Source of the DNA: a virus
Lineage: Duplodnaviria; Caudoviricetes
Strand: one strand, 5' to 3'
DNA: 56,043 bases
IMG/VR virus record: IMGVR_UViG_3300044836_000026
Location: 1 to 56,043 of that record
The notes below the pieces were generated by a model that saw only the letters and a program-made list of their open reading frames with translations, was not told where the DNA came from and did no database searches. Made by a program: the position numbers and the translations under genes. Below are positions 19,396-28,737 of this stretch, in pieces; position 1 is the stretch's first letter; every line of letters starts with the position of its first letter.

Positions 19396-19917
19396 ATGCC
19401 AAATATGGAAAACAGATTTGTAAGCCTAAAGAGGCCCATTATATTTTGTAGTATTGCGTGGGTTGCGATATTAGCGGTCATCTTTTCTCGCGGCGGGATC
19501 ACCACTAATACGGGTTCGACGGATGCTGAAATACGGACAACAATAAGCGAAAATTATGCTGAGATAGAATACAGGCCTTCTGCCGTTTGGGATGAGGAAA
19601 ACTTGCTAAAGAATCACTTCTCTCACGGGATAACCTTTGCTCAAATGGTATTTGCCGAACATCCCGGGATTCAAAGGGTGCTCGTAAAAACCTACTATAA
19701 GCTACAGGATGTAAATGGGGATGAGAAGGAATCATTGGTAATGAAACATATATTCGCCCGTGCCCCATTCATGGAGGTGCATTGGGATAGGTTTAGATAT
19801 TCTCCGGTTTTTGACCAAATCAATAAATCACTCGAAGGGGCCGGATATATACACCCTGCTATAGCCAAGAAGATCACTACCGAATATTTGACAGAGAAAA
19901 TGTTCTATACTCCGTAA
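19396..19917 (+). CDS. single-pass membrane protein (moron)
   Basis: N-terminal hydrophobic segment IIFCSIAWVAILAVIF. Confidence 0.7.
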   Translation: MPNMENRFVSLKRPIIFCSIAWVAILAVIFSRGGITTNTGSTDAEIRTTISENYAEIEYRPSAVWDEENLLKNHFSHGITFAQMVFAEHPGIQRVLVKTYYKLQDVNGDEKESLVMKHIFARAPFMEVHWDRFRYSPVFDQINKSLEGAGYIHPAIAKKITTEYLTEKMFYTP

Positions 19918-20000
19918 TGCTTCTCTTTGATTTTTCGCTGAGTCCATTTGGCTCGCCGTATATTCGTATTATTCACGAGCCAACTAACAATACAGTATCA

Positions 20001-20591
20001 ATGTCGGATCATATAGAAAAATTAGAGCATCTTAAGGTACTACGAGACAACGGTACGTTAACGGAAGAGGAATTCCAGACCGAGAAATCTACATTGCTGT
20101 CTGGGCATGGTTCCGCATTCGAAAGTGTATCTGAAATAGTTAAACCGACAGAGAAGAACAAGGGATTCAGGACATTTCTATTCCTTGCATTAGGGTTAAT
20201 CGCTCTGGTGGTTACGGTTTCCGTCATAAGAGGTTCTGATGTGGATGAAGAAACCCCTTCTTACATAAAGAAAGTAGCGGCATACAAAGAAGGAGACGGG
20301 ATAGTCGTTTATTTTATATTAGCAAATGAATCCGGTGGAATGGTTAGGTCTAGTGGTTCGGCTCATTTGGTCGTTACCAGTGAATTAGGTTCACCTCTAG
20401 TTGATGTTACAATGCCCGTTAAATCTTCGGATTTTTATAAAACGGAAGTGGGTATGGGTAATTTCAAACATGATGCCACGGTCTATTCCTTTGGCAGAAT
20501 CCCTATTAAAAGCGAAGGTATAGGGAAAGTGTCGATTGATTTTACTCGCGGCGGAAAGGTTATATCCGGGAACGATATGGTTGTTTTTTAA
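20001..20591 (+). CDS. SHOCT-domain membrane protein
   Basis: IEKLEHLKVLRDNGTLTEEEFQTEKSTLL followed by one TM; ATG 20001 preferred over 19917. Confidence 0.85.
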   Translation: MSDHIEKLEHLKVLRDNGTLTEEEFQTEKSTLLSGHGSAFESVSEIVKPTEKNKGFRTFLFLALGLIALVVTVSVIRGSDVDEETPSYIKKVAAYKEGDGIVVYFILANESGGMVRSSGSAHLVVTSELGSPLVDVTMPVKSSDFYKTEVGMGNFKHDATVYSFGRIPIKSEGIGKVSIDFTRGGKVISGNDMVVF

Positions 20592-20637
20592 AGTGCTCTA
20601 GGCCCTCTCCATACGGGTTTTGTTGTATCTTTGTGGA

Positions 20638-21243
20638 ATGAGTTGTTACCCAGAGCTTTCCATAATTAGTGGGTTTGATCCCAATTGGATTGTAGCCATA
20701 GCAACGTTTGTATATGCCGTACTAACATGGTTCATTTGGAGAAACTCTCAAGACACGCTACGATCCGCAAATAAAACCCACGAAGAAACCAAGTCCCTGA
20801 TTATTCGAACCAATAATTCTTACGTAGGAATAAAGAAATTAGACCTTCAAGAAAATCCCAAAAACAAAGGACATTTTGGCATTAGGGTGCGTATCCACAA
20901 CTACGGGCAAACACCCGCCAGTCAGATGAAAATTTACTTTCTGGCCGCAAGAAATAGAGATATATTATATAAAAAAGGCGGCTATTCAAAGGAGAGTTTC
21001 CCCGCCGTGCTTTTACCCAATGGTACTTTGGGCGCATTCCACGATATTAATATTAATACCTATATCGAAGCCAAGAATGGAGATGGATTATTTTTTCTCA
21101 AAATTAAAATACTTTATACGGGCATAGATGAAGAGGAGTATGTTTTCTATAGTTTCAACTCCTATAATAAGCAGGGCGGATATTTTGACGTTGACGAAAG
21201 TTACCTCGGGAAAGTAAAAGACAGCGAAAAGCATGTTCGTTAA
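20638..21243 (+). CDS. single-pass membrane protein (moron)
   Basis: WIVAIATFVYAVLTWFIW TM; TATCTTTG ends 4 nt before the ATG. Confidence 0.75.
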   Translation: MSCYPELSIISGFDPNWIVAIATFVYAVLTWFIWRNSQDTLRSANKTHEETKSLIIRTNNSYVGIKKLDLQENPKNKGHFGIRVRIHNYGQTPASQMKIYFLAARNRDILYKKGGYSKESFPAVLLPNGTLGAFHDININTYIEAKNGDGLFFLKIKILYTGIDEEEYVFYSFNSYNKQGGYFDVDESYLGKVKDSEKHVR

Positions 21244-21438
21244 AAATGATAAAATCAGCCCCTGACATGCGGAATAGAACAATGTCGGGTTTGTCGAATC
21301 CTTAATGTATCGTATGGTATCTCTGGAGTAAAGATACGTCATAAGAACGGAGCCTGATACCATGAGGATTGTCACCGCTCCTTGAAACGAACCCACATCT
21401 GGACTCGTTAAGTATATATGTGCCAAAATCTGTTTCAT
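21088..21438 (-). CDS. possible small membrane protein
   Basis: Minus-strand TATATTTG ends 4 nt before ATG 21438; hydrophobic; its 3' part overlaps the convergent gene. Confidence 0.35.
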   Translation of the reverse strand: MKQILAHIYLTSPDVGSFQGAVTILMVSGSVLMTYLYSRDTIRYIKDSTNPTLFYSACQGLILSFLTNMLFAVFYFPEVTFVNVKISALLIIGVETIENILLFIYARIKYFNFEKK

Positions 21439-21463
21439 AGAACAAATATACGACATTTTATAG

Positions 21464-24400
21464 ATGGCTGTTACTCATTACACACAGTGGAAGAGTCGGG
21501 TTCGCGGAACGCTGAACGGTGAAGGTGCGCTTTTTGAAATCCGAATTAATGTCGGTACGAATGATTACGATTGGGATGTTTCAAACCCTACCGATAGTAT
21601 TTTGCTAAAGGACTTGATCGTTTCCGATTTTGGCAGAACAAGATGGCAACGATTCGACGAGAACGCGGATATGGTAGCCGCTCAAAGAATCATAGAAATC
21701 ATTGACAGTTTTTCCTTTAATGGGATGGTGGACGGTTCGGAGATAGGCGTTCAGGATTTGATACCTGAAAAGACTTCACTTATCCCGTTCATTTTTAACG
21801 ACCCTGCAAAAACATATCATGTTTGGCTTTCACATCTTGACCCTAACGATTTCTCTTTGATAGAGATTTACTTTTACGGTCAGGTAGTTATTCCGTTTTT
21901 TGAAGGACAGTTCAATCTCGTTTTTCAGCCTATGGGTAACGCTGAAATGAAGCGTCAAACAAAGAAAATATTAATCACATCGGTATCTGAACTTTTAAAA
22001 AATAGATCAATAGAAGAGATAGTTTCCGGCTCTATGACAGACGGTGTTCATGACGGGATAGTAGCGGGATTAGGCGCGGCGGATGTTTTCACTATCGGCG
22101 GATTCGATACGAAATATAAACCGTGGTTTTATGGCATGATTCAAAACCCGGATTATGGCGGACTCGGGCCTGAACCGATAGACGGGTTTTACAATAAGAT
22201 TGCACAGTTTCAGGCTGCCGGAACGCTTATTACAAACACGTTTAATCCGTGCTACTATGTAGGTGGTAGTAAGTCGGTTAACCCGCTGTTCCCTTTTGGG
22301 TGGAGTAATAACATGTATGGAATGCCAGATGGATTTCAGGCGGTTTCATATGCTACGGTTCTTGGTAAAATGGCAGAGATTGCCGGATTTACTTTTTCTT
22401 CCGCTGACTCAGATAATGTTTTTGCACAGTACATACCAAGTTTTACAACGTTTACCGTGGACGGGGTTAATGCGGATAGGTATAATTTGCAGGGACTTAT
22501 TGACACCCATATTTTGGATGTCGTTGCTATTAACTATAATGTACGGTTCGGTGTAAAACCAGTTATTCCGAATCAATTACATTTCTCGCAGAACGACGAT
22601 GACGGTTCATTCCAAACCGTGGCAATAGATAGTGTAGCGGGAACATCCCCAACTATTCTAACGCTACACGATGAAATAAATATGATCGTTGGTATCTCCG
22701 GTCAAAGAATAGGAATTAATGACGGCGCGGGGAAGCACGTTTATTACATGACGGTGATAGATCAAACGCACGTATCATTACAGAATGCGGCGGGTTCTCC
22801 GGCTTCATATTCAATGACAGGAACAGCGGCTTTATATTACGCTAATTCGGCTTATTGGGATTGGAATACTCCGGTGACTTTTGATAGAACCAAAAGTTTT
22901 TCGGAGATGCTGAAAATAATCTGTTTCCGTTTTGGCTATTTGATAGATTGGGATATTCATCAAAGCGGCCCGAATAAAGGTTTGCCGAAATTGATTCTCC
23001 GCGATATGCTAAAGAGCGCGGGTTCTATTCCTTCGGCGTGGCAGTCTCAGACTCGTTCGGCTATGGTATTAGGTGGAGATACCGGAGCGAAACAACTCCC
23101 AAAACAAAATGTCGCCCTTCATTATGCGGGGGATGACGCTAAAATTTATTGCCCGGTTGCTACGGGTGAAAGTATCTCTATTGAAATTAATGGCAGGTCA
23201 AAACAGTGGGGGAGAAAATTCGGATATATACTTTCCGATATTATCAATAATGCGAATGAGGCTACAGGACAACAACAAGATACATGCTTCGGAGTTATTA
23301 CAATAACCGATAAGGCCCCAACCCCCAACGTATTTTTCACTATTGACTTAACTTCTCCGAGCGGGTGGGTTCCGGGCGCGGCAGATTATTACTATCTGGA
23401 CAACCCCTCTTCAATGTATAACAGTACGCTTTTAGTGTCTGCTATACTAACCGATACCGGAGACTGGAGTGGATTTTATCCTATATCTTATGAAGATTAT
23501 GGAGCCGCTCAATCTTTAGACTGGGACGCTCGTTTACCGGATGCAACAACTATCCACGACGGAAGGAATACCCCTTTATGGGACAACCGATTCAATACAT
23601 TAAATGCAAAAGCCATTTATTATGCTAACGTATTCCTGAATTCTTCTACCGTTGAGAATAGGTCATTTAATACAGCTACAGACGACGACGGAATGATACG
23701 AACTCTCCGTCCATGCTTAACGGGTGACTGGCAGGATGAAGACGGCATTGTAAGAACTCATTTGATTCATTCAATAGAAGTTGATGAAAGCCATAGTTTG
23801 TGTATCTGTCAAATCGTACCCGCTCCGCCTTCTCCGGGGAGCATGGTGCAATACGAGGTAGTTGTTAAAAACGGGAGCGGCGGTGGTGGCAGTACAGGCG
23901 GGGCCGGGGTTAATACAGGTGGCGGCGGTGGTACAAATCCATCAAATACAGGTGGCTTCGTTAAGACGCTTCCGAAGTCTCCATCTGATAATATTGTTCA
24001 GGGGGATACCGATACACAAAAAGAATTAATCCTACGGGATAAATCCGATACTCATTCAGCAGATAAGCTAATTATTGATAACAAGGACGGTACAATAATT
24101 TACGGCGGTTTGCATGGATACGGTTCCACACTTGCACTCGGCAAGATGTTCTTTACTAATACTAAGAACGCTTTTGAAATAAAATCAGACGGTGCAAATA
24201 CCGGCGAGTTCCGATTCTATAATACAGGCGGGACGCACTATACCGCAATAAAAGCGAACGGCACAATAGCTTCGGATGTAACTTTCACTCTGCCTAATGC
24301 GGACGGCTCAAATACGTTCGTTATTCAAACCAACGGTATCGGTGTTCTCTCCTTCGTTGACCCCACAAGTTTCATCCCAACAGCGGCGGTTATTTTAGCT

Positions 24401-25741
24401 CCTTCAACTCCGAACAGGAACCGCATTCAATCCACGGCAAACAATACATCCGCCTTAGAAATAAAAGGGCGGACTTCGGAAAGCGTACCACATTTTGTTG
24501 TCACCGATTCAACAGGTACAAATCAATTCACAATAGACAATACATCGGCAAATTTTTTCGATCAAAATTTATGGATAATACAGGTCGCCGGAAGAAGCGG
24601 GATAGGATTAGTCTCAGCGGGGCCGAGTCTCAGCTTCGGTAATTCAGGAGATGTTCTTACAAGCGGCGGCCCCTCTGGCCCTCTTTCATGGACTCCTCCT
24701 TCAACGGGCGGCGTGACTTCAATCACGGGAACGGTTCATCAAATCATTGCATCCGCTTCAACAGGAGCCGTTACACTTTCAACCCCACAAGATATAGATA
24801 CAACTTCTGCCGTTCGCTTTGCGCGGTTGGGTTTAGGCGTGAATCCCGATGCATCTATACCGCTGTTAGTTGACCGTAGCGCAGTTGGAGCCTCTCACGT
24901 TGACGGTATCGTATCGCAGAATGTTACAGCAGCTACAAGCGGCGTACAGGCACAGTTCGCACCACGGATACGGCAACATGCCTCACTTTGGAATACTGGC
25001 TCCGGTGGATCATCAAAAACGGTAGACGCTGTTTTGAGATTATCTACCACGGGCGGACTTTCAGTAAACCCGTTCAGTTGGAATTTATCTGTTGATAATA
25101 GTGATGGCTCCGGCTATGTTGATTATATTATATTAGGCTACACGGCATCTTCAACACGATTCGTTCAGTTCCCGACGTATGCAAGCACAGACGGGGTTGT
25201 AACGTTGAATGGTGGGACACTCACCATGAACACGCTTGCTGCGAATAGTATTCTTTTCGCAGGTTCGACAACCGCGGTGAACGGAAGTTCGGCTAATTTT
25301 AAGTTTGCCCCTTCTACGGGGTTGCTTATAAAACAGCCAACGTCCGGCAACCTGATCGAAACTCTACAGAGCAATGGATCAAGTAGTAAAACTCAGGCAA
25401 ACGAAGCTACCGTTGCAGGTGGGGCAACTACGCTCATAGACACATTTGCCACCGCATCCGATACGGTAATAACGTGCCGATATGTGGTGACATGGAGACA
25501 GACCAACGGAGCTAATCTGGGCAAGGGAGGGTTTGATATTATTCAATCCGCCTACCATAATATATCTGGCGTATTAGTCCAGATAGGGGGGGATGCTCAT
25601 GGGGGGGTAGACGATTCCAACGTACCGACACCTACGGCGGCTACGAATGTTAACGGTACATCCATTGAGATAAAACTCACAGCACCCGCGACCCATAATT
25701 ATAATGTTTCTGTTTTTTCAACTTATTACGAAAGAGCGTGA
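21464..25741 (+). CDS. large tail tip/hub protein fused to fibre modules
   Basis: 1425 aa; first structural gene after TMP; Gly-rich linker then fibre motifs (TFTLPNADG, GDVLTSGG, GGVTSITG). Confidence 0.75.
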   Translation: MAVTHYTQWKSRVRGTLNGEGALFEIRINVGTNDYDWDVSNPTDSILLKDLIVSDFGRTRWQRFDENADMVAAQRIIEIIDSFSFNGMVDGSEIGVQDLIPEKTSLIPFIFNDPAKTYHVWLSHLDPNDFSLIEIYFYGQVVIPFFEGQFNLVFQPMGNAEMKRQTKKILITSVSELLKNRSIEEIVSGSMTDGVHDGIVAGLGAADVFTIGGFDTKYKPWFYGMIQNPDYGGLGPEPIDGFYNKIAQFQAAGTLITNTFNPCYYVGGSKSVNPLFPFGWSNNMYGMPDGFQAVSYATVLGKMAEIAGFTFSSADSDNVFAQYIPSFTTFTVDGVNADRYNLQGLIDTHILDVVAINYNVRFGVKPVIPNQLHFSQNDDDGSFQTVAIDSVAGTSPTILTLHDEINMIVGISGQRIGINDGAGKHVYYMTVIDQTHVSLQNAAGSPASYSMTGTAALYYANSAYWDWNTPVTFDRTKSFSEMLKIICFRFGYLIDWDIHQSGPNKGLPKLILRDMLKSAGSIPSAWQSQTRSAMVLGGDTGAKQLPKQNVALHYAGDDAKIYCPVATGESISIEINGRSKQWGRKFGYILSDIINNANEATGQQQDTCFGVITITDKAPTPNVFFTIDLTSPSGWVPGAADYYYLDNPSSMYNSTLLVSAILTDTGDWSGFYPISYEDYGAAQSLDWDARLPDATTIHDGRNTPLWDNRFNTLNAKAIYYANVFLNSSTVENRSFNTATDDDGMIRTLRPCLTGDWQDEDGIVRTHLIHSIEVDESHSLCICQIVPAPPSPGSMVQYEVVVKNGSGGGGSTGGAGVNTGGGGGTNPSNTGGFVKTLPKSPSDNIVQGDTDTQKELILRDKSDTHSADKLIIDNKDGTIIYGGLHGYGSTLALGKMFFTNTKNAFEIKSDGANTGEFRFYNTGGTHYTAIKANGTIASDVTFTLPNADGSNTFVIQTNGIGVLSFVDPTSFIPTAAVILAPSTPNRNRIQSTANNTSALEIKGRTSESVPHFVVTDSTGTNQFTIDNTSANFFDQNLWIIQVAGRSGIGLVSAGPSLSFGNSGDVLTSGGPSGPLSWTPPSTGGVTSITGTVHQIIASASTGAVTLSTPQDIDTTSAVRFARLGLGVNPDASIPLLVDRSAVGASHVDGIVSQNVTAATSGVQAQFAPRIRQHASLWNTGSGGSSKTVDAVLRLSTTGGLSVNPFSWNLSVDNSDGSGYVDYIILGYTASSTRFVQFPTYASTDGVVTLNGGTLTMNTLAANSILFAGSTTAVNGSSANFKFAPSTGLLIKQPTSGNLIETLQSNGSSSKTQANEATVAGGATTLIDTFATASDTVITCRYVVTWRQTNGANLGKGGFDIIQSAYHNISGVLVQIGGDAHGGVDDSNVPTPTAATNVNGTSIEIKLTAPATHNYNVSVFSTYYERA

Positions 25742-26068
25742 GTATAGAGATAGGATTTCGCAATCAGAATTTTATAAGCACTCCGGTTACAGAGGCCCAT
25801 GCATCCATAATGAATATTGATGCAAGCACAGGGATGTTCCATTCATGGACGGCCATAGGTGCAGAGACGATTAACGTCATTAATGGCGTATCCGGTAACA
25901 GGATCATACTCACAATCACCTGCGATGCCGTAGCGCGATTAATAACAATCGGCACCGGAGTAAGCATGAATATTTCATCGCTACTTCTTACATCCTTAAA
26001 AGACTTCGATAATATCGTTAGATCACAATGGAGTGTCTTTTGTCGGTTCTGCGATAACCCTTTTATAA
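25738..26068 (+). pseudogene. fibre-associated small beta protein with apparent 1-nt insertion
   Basis: Removing one A from the 25998-26001 run gives ...LKTSIISLDHNGVSFVGSAITLL* ending 26068, just before the next promoter and gene. Confidence 0.55.
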
Positions 26069-26086
26069 ATTCCGTATATTTGCATC

Positions 26087-26251
26087 ATGGAAGAAAAAAC
26101 ACAGAAAGAATTAGAAATAGAGCATGCAAAAAAGATTTTGCAGGAAGAAAAGAACGCGATTCTAAAAGAATTTCATTCTGAATTAGAAATGCTTCTCAAA
26201 AAATACCCTACTGTTGAAATCAATTCCGTTGTGCAAATACAGATCAAATAA
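26087..26251 (+). CDS. small hypothetical protein (54 aa, not in ORF track)
   Basis: MEEKTQKELEIEHAKK...; TATATTTG upstream; stop overlaps next ATG. Confidence 0.65.
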   Translation: MEEKTQKELEIEHAKKILQEEKNAILKEFHSELEMLLKKYPTVEINSVVQIQIK

Positions 26252-26502
26252 TGTCACAACTTAACACACCTAAAATAATAGTCAACCCACAAACGGCTAA
26301 AGAGTTTGAAGAAAAGAAAGCTAAGGACGCCGAAACGATATACCTTGAAGAAGAGACAAAAGCGGCTGAGGGCTTCAAACTCTGGTGCGAAACTATGAAC
26401 GTTATCCCAAACCCCGTTCTACAGATGAACTACTCAGCGGCACAGGGGATTAACATAACGGGTAGCGGGGTAGGGTTTATTAGTAAACGTAGGATGCAAT
26501 AA
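26251..26502 (+). CDS. hypothetical protein
   Basis: TAATG coupling to the upstream gene. Confidence 0.65.
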   Translation: MSQLNTPKIIVNPQTAKEFEEKKAKDAETIYLEEETKAAEGFKLWCETMNVIPNPVLQMNYSAAQGINITGSGVGFISKRRMQ

Positions 26503-26599
26503 AATTCCGTGGAAACTCATAAGAAATCTTCGGGAACTTTGAACATCTATATGATTCTAAACGTTTTAGAGTGGGCTTAAATCAAACACTCTGAAACGC

Positions 26600-26920
26600 G
26601 TGGAACATGAAAAAATACAATGCGCAAGGTGCCCAAAGGAGCGTCTATCTTACTCTTGGTATTGTCGCTACCACTTAACAGATTATAAAAGATCGCGGCG
26701 AAGAATAGCATCCGTATCTGAAAAGGAAAAAGTTAGGCAAAAAGCCCAGAAAATAATTTTAAGACCATGCTTAATTTGCGGCACGACCGAGAATGTTCAG
26801 AGACATCACCCTGATTACGTTAAGCCATACGAGGTTGATTTTCTTTGCGAGAAGCACCATAAGGAGTATCATGTAAGAAGGAATAATCTTATAAAGCATA
26901 AAGAGGGTATTAAGTTTTGA
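26600..26920 (+). CDS. HNH-like zinc-binding endonuclease
   Basis: CLICG..NVQRHHPDY.KP.EV.FLCEKHH..H. Confidence 0.75.
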   Translation: MEHEKIQCARCPKERLSYSWYCRYHLTDYKRSRRRIASVSEKEKVRQKAQKIILRPCLICGTTENVQRHHPDYVKPYEVDFLCEKHHKEYHVRRNNLIKHKEGIKF

Positions 26921-26994
26921 ATTAGAGACAAAGCGTTCTCCCTGCTTGATTAAAACACCTCTCACCGTTTCACAGTTATAAGAATACCGATGTC

Positions 26995-27023
26995 AACCCC
27001 GGATTTAAGGAGCCGGGGTTTTT
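26995..27023 (+). terminator. intrinsic terminator
   Basis: AACCCCGG...CCGGGGTT then T-run. Confidence 0.7.
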
Positions 27024-27184
27024 ATTTGTGTATATTTGCATCCGTAAGTCAATTAGTTGATTAATCAACAACGTTTCCCGTGGCTCCCCTCTTTCAGTGG
27101 CATGAAATGAGGGGAATTTTATTTGCAATGAATATTCGCTCCGGTTTGTTATCATCACGAACTCCCGAACCAATAAAACATACC

Positions 27185-27385
27185 ATGAAATATATTATCA
27201 AATCCGAAGGCAAGAACAGCCCGAACACTAAGGGCGTGTACGATACTAATACCAAATCCATCCGTTCACAGAACAACCCCCGTGACGGTGAGTTTGAAGC
27301 TACTCAGGAAGTTGCTAATGCCAAACTTGCAGAGGCTACAGCCTATGCAGATAAGCATGACGCTACCGTGACGTTATCTAATTAA
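27185..27385 (+). CDS. small hypothetical moron with its own terminator
   Basis: ATG 27185; flanked by hairpins. Confidence 0.65.
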   Translation: MKYIIKSEGKNSPNTKGVYDTNTKSIRSQNNPRDGEFEATQEVANAKLAEATAYADKHDATVTLSN

Positions 27386-27408
27386 CGAAATGGAAATCTG
27401 CTTTCTTG

Positions 27409-27433
27409 AAGTCCCGGTAACGGGGCTTTTTTT
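27409..27433 (+). terminator. intrinsic terminator
   Basis: AAGTCCCG-GTAA-CGGGGCTT then T-run. Confidence 0.8.
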
Positions 27434-27561
27434 ATGGAATTTTTTATCCTTCTTTTTCCTTCTCAGTACATCCGACTCTCACCTCAGATAACGGCAACCG
27501 CCGATAAACAATATATTGAAAAATTCATGAGGGGAAAATACATTCCACAGAGGTACGTTCT

Positions 27562-28029
27562 ATGAACATGATACATGATGTTATGCACCCACATGGATCA
27601 TGCATTTTATGGGATGACTACTTAGTGTATTCATTGCTCATAAGCAATATAGTTATTTTTCTTTGCTATGTTTCTATCCCTGTATCCTTAATGATAATTT
27701 ATCGGAGGACGAAATTCAGGGAGGCGTTTTCAGGCAGTAGATTTTTTATTTTTGGGTTTTCGTTATTCATCGTTCTTTGTGGCTTAACACATGGATGGGA
27801 TGTAGTAACAATGTATGTTCCGTTGTGGCATGTTGATTCTCTGTTGAGAGTTGCAACAGCGACAGCGAGTTTATATGTAGCCGTAGCCTTTATCCCCTTT
27901 GCAAAAACAATCATTAATCGCCCGACGCGTGAAGAATACTTAGAGTTGGAAGCTCGCGCAAACGCGGCAGAACTCAAAGCGTCACAAGCGGCTCTTGAAC
28001 TTCTTAGGATCGCTAAAGCAAATGGATAA
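27562..28029 (+). CDS. stand-alone ethylene-receptor (ETR1-type) 3-TM sensor domain protein
   Basis: PHGSC.LW; ISNIVIFLCYVSIP; FIVLCGLTH; LRVATATAS; then a short coiled coil; no GAF or kinase domain. Confidence 0.88.
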   Translation: MNMIHDVMHPHGSCILWDDYLVYSLLISNIVIFLCYVSIPVSLMIIYRRTKFREAFSGSRFFIFGFSLFIVLCGLTHGWDVVTMYVPLWHVDSLLRVATATASLYVAVAFIPFAKTIINRPTREEYLELEARANAAELKASQAALELLRIAKANG

Positions 28030-28334
28030 TGGAAACGTGGCAAATTGTTTTAGGGCTTGCAGGATCAAGTGTCATTACTGTATTGGTGACAAATTTCTTC
28101 TCTCGAAGAAAAACCAAAGCGGAAACGGAGCAAATAGAGGGCAATATTACAAAAACGAATGTTGATTCTGCAATTACAATAGTGAACGCATGGAAAGAAC
28201 TGAATGCGGAAAACAAAGCGGACATTGCAGAGAATAAGCGGAAAATTGAAGTAATTGAAGGAGCATTGAAAAAAGCAATCACAGACCACAAAGATTGCGA
28301 AGAGAGAATTTTGAAATTAGAGCGCAAAGCATAA
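28029..28334 (+). CDS. holin/antiholin-like TM plus coiled-coil protein
   Basis: N-terminal TM, SRRKTKAE, coiled coil; lysis-region context. Confidence 0.6.
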   Translation: METWQIVLGLAGSSVITVLVTNFFSRRKTKAETEQIEGNITKTNVDSAITIVNAWKELNAENKADIAENKRKIEVIEGALKKAITDHKDCEERILKLERKA

Positions 28335-28389
28335 GAAGCGCGGGGTTACAAAGTTTCGGAAGAACACTTAAAATAAGCAAACATGAAAG

Positions 28390-28737
28390 ATGTTCGACAT
28401 AGATTTTTCGGATGTAGTTGCAAAGTTAATAGTTCTGTTACTAACGTCCGCTTCTTTCATAGGTGGGTGCGTGAAGACGTACAAATTCCTAAGAGTAAAA
28501 TATAAGGAAGCGCAACAAGTGACACGAAATTATACGGTAACCGATGCAATGCTCTGGAAGGCTTTAGGAGCTTTTTCCGCTTCATTCTTCGGTATAATCG
28601 CATTTTGCATGTTCGTTTTTTTTTATGTTCAAAGCATGATAATGACGGATATGGTAGGCAGGGCTGAGAACTTCAAAGAACTTTCCGCGAAAGTGGAAAG
28701 AATTGATACCACAACAATCAAAAAAACTTCCCAATGA
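28390..28737 (+). CDS. two-TM membrane protein (holin candidate)
   Basis: Two hydrophobic segments. Confidence 0.55.
   Translation: MFDIDFSDVVAKLIVLLLTSASFIGGCVKTYKFLRVKYKEAQQVTRNYTVTDAMLWKALGAFSASFFGIIAFCMFVFFYVQSMIMTDMVGRAENFKELSAKVERIDTTTIKKTSQ

Noticed and set aside
16913-20599. AGAGCACTT / AAGTGCTCT as IS ends
   Set aside because: Only 9 bp, no target duplication, compatible with chance
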